Below the pieces are notes generated by a model. It worked only from the letters and a program-made list of their open reading frames with translations. It had not been told where the DNA came from and did not search any database. Of a stretch of 64,000 bases of DNA, positions 53,353 through 62,983 are shown in pieces. Positions within the stretch are counted from its first letter, which is position 1. Each line of letters starts with the position of its first letter. Position numbers and translations under genes: made by a program. Source of the stretch: Planctomycetota bacterium (lineage in GTDB: Bacteria > Planctomycetota > Planctomycetia > Pirellulales > Pirellulaceae); assembly GCA_039200505.1 (NCBI GenBank), contig JBCCSJ010000002.1:2462-66461 (forward strand), read 5' to 3'.

Positions 53353-54654
53353 TTAGGCGCGAACTTCGGATTGAGCAACCGAAGAACTAGGCTGGGGAAA
53401 TTTGGGAATCGGTTGGCGCTGAACGACCGCTTGCATGATTTGCAAATAGCGACCGGCCAGGATGTCTCGAGTGTAATTCTTGGACACGAAAGTTCGACCT
53501 GATCGAGAAAGCTGTTCCATTTTTTCCGGGTGGTCAGCTAAATCGCAAACGCAATTTGCCAAATCGTAAGGATTCCCAGGTCGCATATCGACGCCAGACC
53601 CGCTTGCGCGAACGATCTCTCGTGCTTCGCCGTCGACGCCCATCACGATCGGTCGGGCCATCGCCATCGATTCGAAAATCTTAGACGGGATGACTGTAGT
53701 GAACAGGTCGCATTGTTTCAAATGAATTAAGGTTGCGTCTGAGCTGGAAAGCACGTCTGAAATTTTTTCCTTGGGAAGCCTGCCGGTAAAAACGATCCAT
53801 TCAGAAACCCCTTTTTCGTCGGCCTCTTTTTCAAGTCTTTTGCGATTGGCCCCATCTCCGACTAGGCAGAACCGTATGTCTTGCCTTCCCTTCTCTTTTA
53901 ACAAAACAGCGGCTTCGACAACCACCCGCAAGTCGTGAGCCATGCCGATGGTTCCGACGTAGGAGCATAGGAATTTATCTTTAAGATCCCACTGACTGAA
54001 CAACGCCGAATTGGGAGGCCGGGGCACGAAGCGATTCAGATCGACTCCGTTGGTAACCACAGAGATTTCGTTTTTTCGCGTGGGAACTTTTTTAAGAACT
54101 GCGTCTTTATATCCGGTGCCGACAGCGACGATATGAGTCGCTGATTTGTACATCCATTTTTCGAGGACTTCCAAAATGCGAGTCATGAGCCCGCGTCGCA
54201 TGGCTCCGACAGCGATAATGGATTCCGGCCAGATATCTCGAATCTCCAAAACCAATGGGCACCACTTTAAACAAGAGGCCACAATACCGGCCCAACCACA
54301 GAAAAACTGTGGGCTAGTTGAGACCACCAAATTTGGCCGACGGCAGAAAAATAGAAAAGCAAAAATGGCTGAAATGAAGTAACTGGTATAGTTCAGGATT
54401 CGGCGAATCGCACCGGAATTGGGAGCGATCATCGTCCAAACCCGAATGACGTTGATCCCGTCAATGGTTTCTTTTTGCGGCCACAAGCGGTTCTGGTAGC
54501 CGTCGTAAACTATTCCGTTGGGTACGTTTGGCACGCATGTGATCACCGTCACGTCGACGCCCTGTTCAGCCCATCGAACGCAATGTTCGTAGGTTCGATT
54601 GGCCGGAGCGTTGCTTTCTGGCGAAAAATAGTGTGTAAAAAAAACGATACGCAC
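53353..54654 (-). CDS. glycosyltransferase family 4 (WcaI/WbuB-like)
   Basis: MRIVFFTHYFSPESNAPANRTYE N-terminus typical of WbuB/WcaI. C-terminal GT-B with the E-x7-E region (PSKIFESMAMARPIV). Confidence 0.85.
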   Translation of the reverse strand: MRIVFFTHYFSPESNAPANRTYEHCVRWAEQGVDVTVITCVPNVPNGIVYDGYQNRLWPQKETIDGINVIRVWTMIAPNSGAIRRILNYTSYFISAIFAFLFFCRRPNLVVSTSPQFFCGWAGIVASCLKWCPLVLEIRDIWPESIIAVGAMRRGLMTRILEVLEKWMYKSATHIVAVGTGYKDAVLKKVPTRKNEISVVTNGVDLNRFVPRPPNSALFSQWDLKDKFLCSYVGTIGMAHDLRVVVEAAVLLKEKGRQDIRFCLVGDGANRKRLEKEADEKGVSEWIVFTGRLPKEKISDVLSSSDATLIHLKQCDLFTTVIPSKIFESMAMARPIVMGVDGEAREIVRASGSGVDMRPGNPYDLANCVCDLADHPEKMEQLSRSGRTFVSKNYTRDILAGRYLQIMQAVVQRQPIPKFPQPSSSVAQSEVRA

Positions 54655-55047
54655 GAAAGTGTTTGTCAGGGTCGACTACGGAAAAACTACCTATTTCATT
54701 GCAACGGAAATTACTGCTCACTCGGATTCCCGACTTCAACAAACGGGAAGTCAACGAATCGGTTCCCAATCCCCAAAACCATTGTAACTTTCGGCAATCC
54801 GGGCGGGAAACCCGCAGACTTTGAGTTGGGCAAACAGGATTTTAATTTTGACGTCCAAAACGCAAAAATCTTTCTGAAAGAATCGGCAGTTTTTGTTTGA
54901 TTGGCAAGAAGGAATGGCTGGAATCCAGTTGCCCGGCAACCCACTGAGCGGTCGTGGCCGTTATCCGCGAAACGTCGAAAAATTCTCTTGCACACCGACC
55001 TTGAGTGATTCGGCGAATTTTTTCCACTTGGCTAGGCAGCAATTTCT

Positions 55048-56970
55048 TCATTCCAAAAAAGAATCATGCCACGATTGAAACATCAGGAACCTCCAAAAGA
55101 TGGCTCCCCAAGTGATGCTGTCACCAGCCACAAATTCCGTCCACGCGGTCTGAATTTTTCTTGATTCAAAAAAGCCGTCTCGCTGGATTTTGTCTGGAGA
55201 GAGCAAGTCTATCATCAACGGCTTGATTTCATTTTTTAGCCATTGGTCGTATGGGATGGCAAAACCTTGTTTGGGTCTTTCAAAATACTGTCTTGGAATG
55301 TGTTTTTCGAGGATCGATGTTAAAGCCCATTTCGGGCGATGAAAGCGAGAGAATTTTTCCAAGCCCTTCATGGCCAAAGGCACGATCCGAAAATCTAGAA
55401 TAGGGTTTCTAGTTTCCAGACTCACTGCCATGCTGGCCCGGTCCACTTTGGTCAAAATATCTTCAGGTAAGTAATAATGAAGGTCGTGAGTCGACATTTG
55501 AACCTGGTGATTCCCAAAAGGAAGCCAGTGAGTTGGTTGGATCTCTGCAGAATTTTGAAACGAAGGGTCTAGCAACGAGTCTGCCAGTGAATAAGCGGAA
55601 TTATTCAAACCGTAATAATCGTGAAACCGATGAACGTTCCTCCGTTCCAATTCGCGCCTGAAAGTCTTCCGTCCTCCTAATCGGCCTGTCTTTCGCCTTG
55701 TGGAACGAACAGCGTATTGGCTAAGCCATTCGGGGCAAATCCGATTACCAATATTGAGACCCCAGGTCAACGACCTACCTGCCAATGTCGACTTTTGAAC
55801 CCATCCGCGAGCGACGTTGGCATAACGAGTGTATCCGCCAAAAAGTTCATCCCCGCCATCGCCCGATAATGCCACAGTGACAGATTGCCGCGCGAATTGA
55901 CTCACGAGAAACGTCGGTAACTGCGATGGATCGGCAAAAGGTTCTGTATAGATTTTGGGCATTCGCTCGACAAGAGCCAGAGCGTCTGAGCCGGTTAAGT
56001 ATTTCTCATGGTGGTCTGTATCAAGATGCTTAGCGATCTTTCTGGCGTACACTGCTTCATCAAAGTCGCTCTCTTGAAACCCGATCGTAAACGTTTTGAT
56101 TCGCTTCGAGGCGACTTGAGACATCAAAGCACAAACCAGCGATGAATCGATGCCGCCGGATAAAAAAGCTCCCAATGGAACGTCAGCTACCATCCGAAGT
56201 TTCACCGAATCTGTCAGCAGTTTTTCGATGATATAAACGAATTCGGATTCATGGTCGGGTACTTCGTTGGCATCTGCCAAACGTGGTTCCCAATATCGGG
56301 TCATGACAGGTTTAATTTCGTTTGACCTACAATCCAACTCCAGCCAATGCCCTGCTTCCAGTTTTTTGACGTTTCGGAAAATGGATCTTGGCGACGCGAT
56401 ATACCCAAATTTCATCAGTTCTTCGACGGCGACTGGGCAGACCGATTCACATAGTCCAGCGATCTTTTTTAACGGTTTTAGTTCCGAAGCAAATCCAAAT
56501 ACGTTTTCGTGATGCCCGTAGTAGATCGGTTTTTTACCAAACCGGTCTCGGACGAGCGTAAGTTTGTTTTGCTGGTTATCATAGATCGCAACCGCGAACA
56601 TTCCGTTGAATCGTTCGATCGATTTAGCAATGCCCCAACGATCCAAAGCTGCCGCCACAACCGCCGTGTCGCTGGAACTGGTGAGCGGCGGGCTTCCTAG
56701 TTCTTTGTAAATCTGGCGAAAATTGTAGATCTCGCCATTGAATGTCAACGCGTATCGACCACTGGAAGAAATGTAAGGCTGTCGTCCCGAACTGCTGGTG
56801 TCCAAGATTGAAAGTCTGCGGTGCCCAAGGGTCACCTGACGATCATCCGAAATCCAATGCCCGCCATCATCGGGCCCCCGGTGTCGGATGCAGCTTAACA
56901 TTGACTCGATCAACCGGGCGGTCTGGTTGATCCGGCCAGAAGGATCAAAAAATCCTGCGATGCCACACAT
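55048..56970 (-). CDS. asparagine synthase (glutamine-hydrolysing) family amidotransferase
   Basis: N-terminal Ntn Cys (MCGIAGFFD), HRGPDD, and a synthetase-domain PP-loop (GAFLSGGIDSS). Confidence 0.9.
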   Translation of the reverse strand: MCGIAGFFDPSGRINQTARLIESMLSCIRHRGPDDGGHWISDDRQVTLGHRRLSILDTSSSGRQPYISSSGRYALTFNGEIYNFRQIYKELGSPPLTSSSDTAVVAAALDRWGIAKSIERFNGMFAVAIYDNQQNKLTLVRDRFGKKPIYYGHHENVFGFASELKPLKKIAGLCESVCPVAVEELMKFGYIASPRSIFRNVKKLEAGHWLELDCRSNEIKPVMTRYWEPRLADANEVPDHESEFVYIIEKLLTDSVKLRMVADVPLGAFLSGGIDSSLVCALMSQVASKRIKTFTIGFQESDFDEAVYARKIAKHLDTDHHEKYLTGSDALALVERMPKIYTEPFADPSQLPTFLVSQFARQSVTVALSGDGGDELFGGYTRYANVARGWVQKSTLAGRSLTWGLNIGNRICPEWLSQYAVRSTRRKTGRLGGRKTFRRELERRNVHRFHDYYGLNNSAYSLADSLLDPSFQNSAEIQPTHWLPFGNHQVQMSTHDLHYYLPEDILTKVDRASMAVSLETRNPILDFRIVPLAMKGLEKFSRFHRPKWALTSILEKHIPRQYFERPKQGFAIPYDQWLKNEIKPLMIDLLSPDKIQRDGFFESRKIQTAWTEFVAGDSITWGAIFWRFLMFQSWHDSFLE

Positions 56971-56975
56971 GCTAT

Positions 56976-58322
56976 TCAGTAGGCGTAGCCGGTTGGTTGG
57001 TTTCGAGCCTGTTTCATTTGATGGGTGGCAAAATAATCGACCGCCATCGCCAGTCCCAGAGCAAACATAAAATTACGATGAATCAAGGCACCGTGGCCAG
57101 CCATGCCATCTAACATTAGACTGAGCACTATTCCAAGGATAATGACCCTGCAATAACGATGTTGGTGTTGAAGACCTCGATAAATCATGGCGGCCAAACC
57201 AGTTATAAAACAGAACAAGCCGAGCAGCCCGGTTTCTCCAAGAATTTTCAGGAACAGGTTGTGGGGGCCGCTCCCGGATCTGGGCATGCGGTTCAATTTG
57301 CCCAAGCCTTGCCCGTAGATGGGGCTTTTAAGCCATTCTTCCAATCCCTCGCGGGCCAGGACACTACGCCCGTTCGTCGTCTTGGAATCGACCCGACCTT
57401 CTAAAAGGTCGCTAAATAATTGCAGTCGAATCGAAAGCGCACTTCCCTTTCTTTCACTTGCCATCCTGGAGTCAATCAGGAATTTCATGCCAACAAGTGC
57501 TACCAAAACTAAAAATAGGGCAATAAATACCCGAACAATTTTTTTCGGTGGAAAAACGAAAAGAGACAGCGATGTCGAAACTAGAAAGAGAGCGATAAAC
57601 GAACCTCGCGAAAACGTGTAAAAACAGGCCGGCACGGCAATCCCAAGCGAGATGGCCAGCCACCGATTTTTTCCCGTGTACGCTGTCAACGCGTAACCAA
57701 TAGAAACGAATAAGCAACACTGAGTTCCTGCCTCATTGGGGTTGCCAAAAAATCCTGACGCACGACTGTCGCGAGCTGCATTGGACATCAAATCGTTCCA
57801 CTCCGGACTGATGACACCAATGAATATGGACGCAGATGAAATTCCAAAAATCACAAAACTGGCAAACAACAGCCATCGCATCCCAAATGTTTGGGCAATT
57901 CGCCCACATATCAGCATCGCCGATCCGTAAACAAAAATACTGGCACTGATCAAATAGGTTTCTCGGGCCCAATTGATAGGATCAAAATTGGTCGTCAGTC
58001 CAATCCAACCAAAAAGCATCATAACGAGCAGCATGGCAAAATTTAATTTTGCTGTCGAACTGACCTTCGAAATTCGGGGGCCAGGAACGAGGTAGATTCC
58101 CAACAAACCAAATGCAAGAATCATCGGCGAAAGGAACTGAGGCATGTCGTAGATGTTGGTCGCGACGGCATTCAGGTTGCAGACCGTTATCAAACCAAGA
58201 AAAACGAAACAGGCATTTAGAATCCACGATTTTTTGAGTTTCCGTTGTTGAGGTTGGACGTAACCAGTCGGAATCGCCGCGGGGTAGTTGAGATAATTGG
58301 CTGGGATTTTTTGGTGATTCAT
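56976..58322 (-). CDS. O-antigen ligase/polymerase (Wzy-like) family membrane protein
   Basis: 448 aa, ~11 TM, with a large loop containing SRGSFIAL... and GPHNLFLKILGETG (Wzy_C-like). Confidence 0.7.
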   Translation of the reverse strand: MNHQKIPANYLNYPAAIPTGYVQPQQRKLKKSWILNACFVFLGLITVCNLNAVATNIYDMPQFLSPMILAFGLLGIYLVPGPRISKVSSTAKLNFAMLLVMMLFGWIGLTTNFDPINWARETYLISASIFVYGSAMLICGRIAQTFGMRWLLFASFVIFGISSASIFIGVISPEWNDLMSNAARDSRASGFFGNPNEAGTQCCLFVSIGYALTAYTGKNRWLAISLGIAVPACFYTFSRGSFIALFLVSTSLSLFVFPPKKIVRVFIALFLVLVALVGMKFLIDSRMASERKGSALSIRLQLFSDLLEGRVDSKTTNGRSVLAREGLEEWLKSPIYGQGLGKLNRMPRSGSGPHNLFLKILGETGLLGLFCFITGLAAMIYRGLQHQHRYCRVIILGIVLSLMLDGMAGHGALIHRNFMFALGLAMAVDYFATHQMKQARNQPTGYAY

Positions 58323-58368
58323 TTCAATGGATATCGTTCGGTATCAAACTAAATCCGAGATAATTGAT

Positions 58369-59616
58369 TTATGAAATAATCGCAGATTTCAAAAGGTTGT
58401 CCAGTTTGATTCCAAGAGCATTCCAGGAATACGCGTCAGATTGGAATTCAAATGAATGCCCATCAGCAATACGTTGAATACTGTTGGCTATTTTATCGAT
58501 CTGGTCTCCTCGGCATATGAATCCAGAATCGGTTTGGTGGACGATGTCGGCCGCTTCTCCATCTGGTGCTATCAGCAGGATCGGCTTTTTGAGACCCAAA
58601 CAGTCAAAAAGCTTCGCGGTTACGATTCCACGGACTTCGTCGTTGGATTGACCCTCTACAGATACGATGACGGTAAGGCAATCAGAATTTGCCAATTCTT
58701 CCAGTGCCTGTTGACGAGGGACAAGCGGGGTTACGTTGACATGACTTTCGATTTTGAATTCTTTTGCCTTATTTTTGACCGTTTCCCACCAGGTCCCAAA
58801 ATAATCGAATTTCCATTGGCTTGTTATTCGCTTTTCCGAGTCGAGCTTCGCAAGGGCCGCAAAAATCGGATCGATGATGGCAAGCGGTGGGTAAAAGGTA
58901 CCAGCATAGATCATTCGAAAAGGTTCGGACTTGCGATCGGGAAATTGAATTCGATCGAATTGATCGGAACTATATCCGTTGGTCAGTGAGTAACACTTAT
59001 TGGGATCATCAACTCGTTCAGCCAATAATTTTACCAGGTAATCTGATACCGTTGTGACCACACTGGCTTGGTTCAGCCAATCCAATTCCTGTTTGATAAA
59101 ATCTGAGTTCTGAGAAAGGTACATTCCATGGGCATTGCCAATGATTAGATCGCGATAATCTAGTACGAATGGAATTTTAAATTCTTGGGCAATTTCGGCG
59201 ACAATTCCACCAGTAAAAAAGGGGCTCATCGTGGTCATTAAAATGTCGCTGTCAGCTGCGTGCTCACGCAGTGCTTTTAGTGCGGATCGAGTCCAATAGG
59301 AGGTAGGTTCCAGTTTTTTGATGTTTCGAATCGACTTCTGAAACAATTTTGAAATTACTTTCAGAGGGATGCCTTGACGATCCATCGGCCCTTCCGGACC
59401 CAAAAGGGACCAACCTGAATCCACCCGAACCACTTCGACGCCTGGGAAGGGTTCTGCTTCGTTGCCACCCCAAAACTTTAGAGTAGGCGTGATGACAGTG
59501 ACGTGCCAACCCAGATTGGCCAACTGTTGCGCTATGTTTTCGGCTCTTACTCCACCGATGGCCGAAGAAGGTGGATAGTAGTAAGCGACCAATACGATTC
59601 TCGGCTTACCGGTCAT
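58369..59616 (-). CDS. glycosyltransferase (GT-B fold, GT4-like)
   Basis: N-terminal IVLVAYYYPPSSAIGGVRA. GT-B two-domain length. The C-terminal half ends in a conserved acidic pattern. Confidence 0.7.
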   Translation of the reverse strand: MTGKPRIVLVAYYYPPSSAIGGVRAENIAQQLANLGWHVTVITPTLKFWGGNEAEPFPGVEVVRVDSGWSLLGPEGPMDRQGIPLKVISKLFQKSIRNIKKLEPTSYWTRSALKALREHAADSDILMTTMSPFFTGGIVAEIAQEFKIPFVLDYRDLIIGNAHGMYLSQNSDFIKQELDWLNQASVVTTVSDYLVKLLAERVDDPNKCYSLTNGYSSDQFDRIQFPDRKSEPFRMIYAGTFYPPLAIIDPIFAALAKLDSEKRITSQWKFDYFGTWWETVKNKAKEFKIESHVNVTPLVPRQQALEELANSDCLTVIVSVEGQSNDEVRGIVTAKLFDCLGLKKPILLIAPDGEAADIVHQTDSGFICRGDQIDKIANSIQRIADGHSFEFQSDAYSWNALGIKLDNLLKSAIIS

Positions 59617-59672
59617 ATTCTGTCTGCGGAAAAATTTGGGGGCTTTGTTGTTGAGTTACCAATGGCTGAAAT

Positions 59673-60263
59673 TCAATTCAAATCGTCTTGTTCGCCCGGA
59701 TGGTCTTTTAGGGATTCAGAAAGCGAATCGTTTGGATCAAGGTGTCGAATAATTTTGGCGGGAACCCCGGCGATAACAACATTATCTTTAAACGATTTGG
59801 TAACCACTGCGTTGGCACCTACGGTAACGTTGTTGCCCAATGTGACACCCGGCATGATGGCGACGCCGTGCCCAAGCCAGCAGTTTTTGCCGATGGTAAC
59901 ATCTGCCTTGATATACTTGGATCGGTCAAACATGTCGTGGTTCGCCGTTCGAATACAAATATTTCTCGCAAAAATTGTTTCTTCGCCAATTGTCAGATAG
60001 CCTCCTTCAAAAGCTGAAATGTTGGAACACCCGGATACGGCCATGCAAAATTTAGCCGACTGCCCCAGTTTCATGTACCGTGTTCCCGAAACATACGAGG
60101 TAAAATGAACTTGGAACGGGGCCTCTGAATTAAGTCCAACAATACGTTGAATGAACCAGTTGATAAAAAAATAAGAGGGTGGAATTCGAGCAGTCACGGG
60201 TTGGCCAAGCATATTCCAAAACCGCCGAAATAGAGCTTTACCGACTTTAGCCCAAAACATCAT
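59673..60263 (-). CDS. hexapeptide-repeat (LbH) sugar O-acetyltransferase (WcaF/maltose acetyltransferase-like)
   Basis: IRTANHDMF...VTIGKNCWLGHGVAIMPGVTLGNNVTVGANAVVTKSF.DNVVIAGVPAKII. ATG 60263 overlaps the flippase stop as ATGA. The track start at 60302 is TTG. Confidence 0.8.
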   Translation of the reverse strand: MMFWAKVGKALFRRFWNMLGQPVTARIPPSYFFINWFIQRIVGLNSEAPFQVHFTSYVSGTRYMKLGQSAKFCMAVSGCSNISAFEGGYLTIGEETIFARNICIRTANHDMFDRSKYIKADVTIGKNCWLGHGVAIMPGVTLGNNVTVGANAVVTKSFKDNVVIAGVPAKIIRHLDPNDSLSESLKDHPGEQDDLN

Positions 60264-61726
60264 CTTGCACTTCCCCAATTCAATCGTTTCAGCTTTTGCC
60301 AAACCTTAGTCGCCGAATAAAGTCTCCCGTTCCAGTACCACAAAAGGAAACATGCGAAAATCGCTACGATCAACCCGAATTCAAGATGGATATTATCAAC
60401 GCAATAGGTGATCAGTAACGACGTTAAGGTAATGGGTAAAATGTGCAATGTAATCTGCCCCATCTCTTTCAAAGGCAATATTTCCCACCATTTTTTGTTC
60501 AAGTTCTTGGATAGTTGATAGATGTTGATAGGAACATTCCAGATGTAAATCGTCGTTACCGTGGCAACAACTGCACCCCAGGGATTAAAATAAATTACGA
60601 GAATGGAACTGAAGATTGCGTTCAGGATCAGGCCTATCATGCTGGTAATGAACAGGAATCGGTTGAGGCCCAACGAGATCAGCAACGACCCGAAAACCAC
60701 GGTTCGAATTGGAAGTAGTAAAAGGTAGATACGAAATGGAATCACGGAATCTCTGAATTCGCTCGTATATAAGTATTCGATACATGTGGCCGATGTGATC
60801 AGCAGAAAAAACATGATCGGCAGCAAAATCAGCGAGGACTTCGATCCAACAGAACGGAATAACTGAAGTGCGTCGTCGTGTCGGCCATCCACAACCGATT
60901 TTCGCATTTCAGCAAGGGTCACCGATGTAATGGCACCGGTGACGATTCCAATTAAGGGGATTTCCATCGCTCCTAAAACGTAGACCGCGAACTCGTCGGG
61001 AGAGCATAAAACCGAAACGATCAATTGATCAAGCCGATTTGAAAGTGTTGCCAGCATTCCGCCTGCTGCAATCGGTACCGTAAAAAATAGAAGCTCTTTG
61101 ACGGCAGAAAGATTTGGTCTGATATCGCCACTTGGAACCGACCCATACATCAGACCGATCCCCGTCAGCCCCATCACAACGCTTGCTGCCACGTTTCCGA
61201 CCAGAGGTGCATCAGCGGTTTGCCAAAAAACGAGCGGGATCAAGGTCGCGAACCCCACCAATAACTGTCGGATCACACCGAAAACAGACGCCAGCAAAAC
61301 GCGGTCTCTGGCAACCAAAACGCTTTCGGTTGCCGATGCCGGAATCGTGACGATCGCGTAGGGAATCATCCAGAGCAGCATCCGGGCGACTTGCGGATTC
61401 GAAAAACCTCGAGCCAGAATTTCGTTTCCGCCAAAACCGATGAAAATTCCAAATAGAATTCCCATCGCCGATAACGCAAAAACTCCATCGGACACCCGTC
61501 CTCGGACTCTTTCGGTTTCCGACGGGAGAAAGTAGTACATCCCTTGCCCTACCCCCAGGCTGAGGATCGGACCGATCGCTAAATAGGCGAGGAACGTCTG
61601 TCGATAGGCAGCCAAATCCTCTTTCAAAAGAACTCGGGCCATAATCACGACGACGAGCAGTTGGATGACTTTCGCCAATCCATTGCCAGCCGACAATGCG
61701 ATGACTTTTAATTTTCGCTGAGACAC
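60260..61726 (-). CDS. Wzx-type polysaccharide flippase (MOP superfamily)
   Basis: 488 aa, ~14 TM, with the basic N-terminus and TM spacing typical of polysaccharide biosynthesis (Wzx) proteins. Confidence 0.75.
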   Translation of the reverse strand: MSQRKLKVIALSAGNGLAKVIQLLVVVIMARVLLKEDLAAYRQTFLAYLAIGPILSLGVGQGMYYFLPSETERVRGRVSDGVFALSAMGILFGIFIGFGGNEILARGFSNPQVARMLLWMIPYAIVTIPASATESVLVARDRVLLASVFGVIRQLLVGFATLIPLVFWQTADAPLVGNVAASVVMGLTGIGLMYGSVPSGDIRPNLSAVKELLFFTVPIAAGGMLATLSNRLDQLIVSVLCSPDEFAVYVLGAMEIPLIGIVTGAITSVTLAEMRKSVVDGRHDDALQLFRSVGSKSSLILLPIMFFLLITSATCIEYLYTSEFRDSVIPFRIYLLLLPIRTVVFGSLLISLGLNRFLFITSMIGLILNAIFSSILVIYFNPWGAVVATVTTIYIWNVPINIYQLSKNLNKKWWEILPLKEMGQITLHILPITLTSLLITYCVDNIHLEFGLIVAIFACFLLWYWNGRLYSATKVWQKLKRLNWGSAR

Positions 61727-61846
61727 CCGTTCAAGAAATTTGGCTCAATGAAACGGAGATCGGATACTTTACCTGATGAAATCACGAACGGTTTTCACCC
61801 GCTTTAATATCGTTTACCGTAATCGCGAATCGTTTGATGACAGAAG

Positions 61847-62983
61847 TTAAGCATCCAGGCCTTGACGTTCCAAACGATACTGTCCCGAAAGAATTCGTTT
61901 CCACCAGTCCTGATTTTTAAGATACCAGCGGACTGTCTTTCGAAATCCGCCTTCGATGCCTTCTTTAGGTTCCCATCCAAGTTCATCTCGAATTTTTGTC
62001 GCATCGATCGCGTACCTCAAATCATGCCCGGGTCGATCGGTGACGAAAGTAATCAGGTCTTCGTATCGTTTGATATCCGGATGATCGGATGCAGCGATCG
62101 CTTCGTTTTTCGAAATCGGCATTTCGTCATCCAGGATGTTACAAATCATTTTTACCAATTCCAGATTCGATCGTTCGTTGTTCCCTCCGATGTTGTACGT
62201 TTCGCCTATCGCACCTCGGGTCAGCACCGTGTAAAGCGCATCGGCATGATCTTCGACGTAAAGCCAGTCTCGGACGTTTTCTCCTTTTCCGTAAACAGGG
62301 ATCGATTGCCCACTGATCGCTTTTAGGATGACGACGGGCACAAGTTTTTCAGGAAACTGATAGGGACCATAATTGTTAGAACAATTGGTGACCAAAACCG
62401 GAAGTTGGTAGGTGTCCACCCAGGCTCGGGCAAGATGATCGGATGCTGCTTTACTGGCCGAATAGGGTGAATGCGGATCGTAAGGAGTGCTCTCGGAAAA
62501 AGCTGGATCCTGCATGCCAAGAGATCCGTAGACTTCGTCGGTTGAAATATGGTGAAAACGAAATAGCTGCTTTTTATCCTCAGATAGGCTTTCGAAAAGC
62601 ACCTTCGCACTCATCAAAAGATGAAACGTTCCGACGATGTTGGTCTGGATAAATTGTCCTGGTCCATCAATCGACCGATCAACATGCGATTCGGCGGCAA
62701 GGTGCATCACGGCATCAGGCTGATGTTTTTCAAATAGGTTCGCAACGGCCAAACTATCGACGATATCGACCTGCTCAAAATGGTATCGAGGATTCGATTC
62801 GATATCCGAAAGCGATTCGCTGTTACCGGCGTACGTCAATTTGTCGACATTGACAACTACGTCTTCTGAGTGATTGAGGATGTGGCGAACCAAGTTGGAC
62901 CCAATAAAGCCGGATCCACCGGTCAATAAAATTTTACGGACGCTCAAAGCTTTAACCTTTGCTGACTTGACTGACTGAGACAA
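61847..62983 (-). CDS. rfbB: dTDP-glucose 4,6-dehydratase
   Basis: [56 protein letters not shown]. The track start (TTG 62983) overlaps the upstream gene by 32 nt. TTG 62947 ([11 protein letters not shown]) is the more likely start. Confidence 0.9.
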   Translation of the reverse strand: MSQSVKSAKVKALSVRKILLTGGSGFIGSNLVRHILNHSEDVVVNVDKLTYAGNSESLSDIESNPRYHFEQVDIVDSLAVANLFEKHQPDAVMHLAAESHVDRSIDGPGQFIQTNIVGTFHLLMSAKVLFESLSEDKKQLFRFHHISTDEVYGSLGMQDPAFSESTPYDPHSPYSASKAASDHLARAWVDTYQLPVLVTNCSNNYGPYQFPEKLVPVVILKAISGQSIPVYGKGENVRDWLYVEDHADALYTVLTRGAIGETYNIGGNNERSNLELVKMICNILDDEMPISKNEAIAASDHPDIKRYEDLITFVTDRPGHDLRYAIDATKIRDELGWEPKEGIEGGFRKTVRWYLKNQDWWKRILSGQYRLERQGLDA

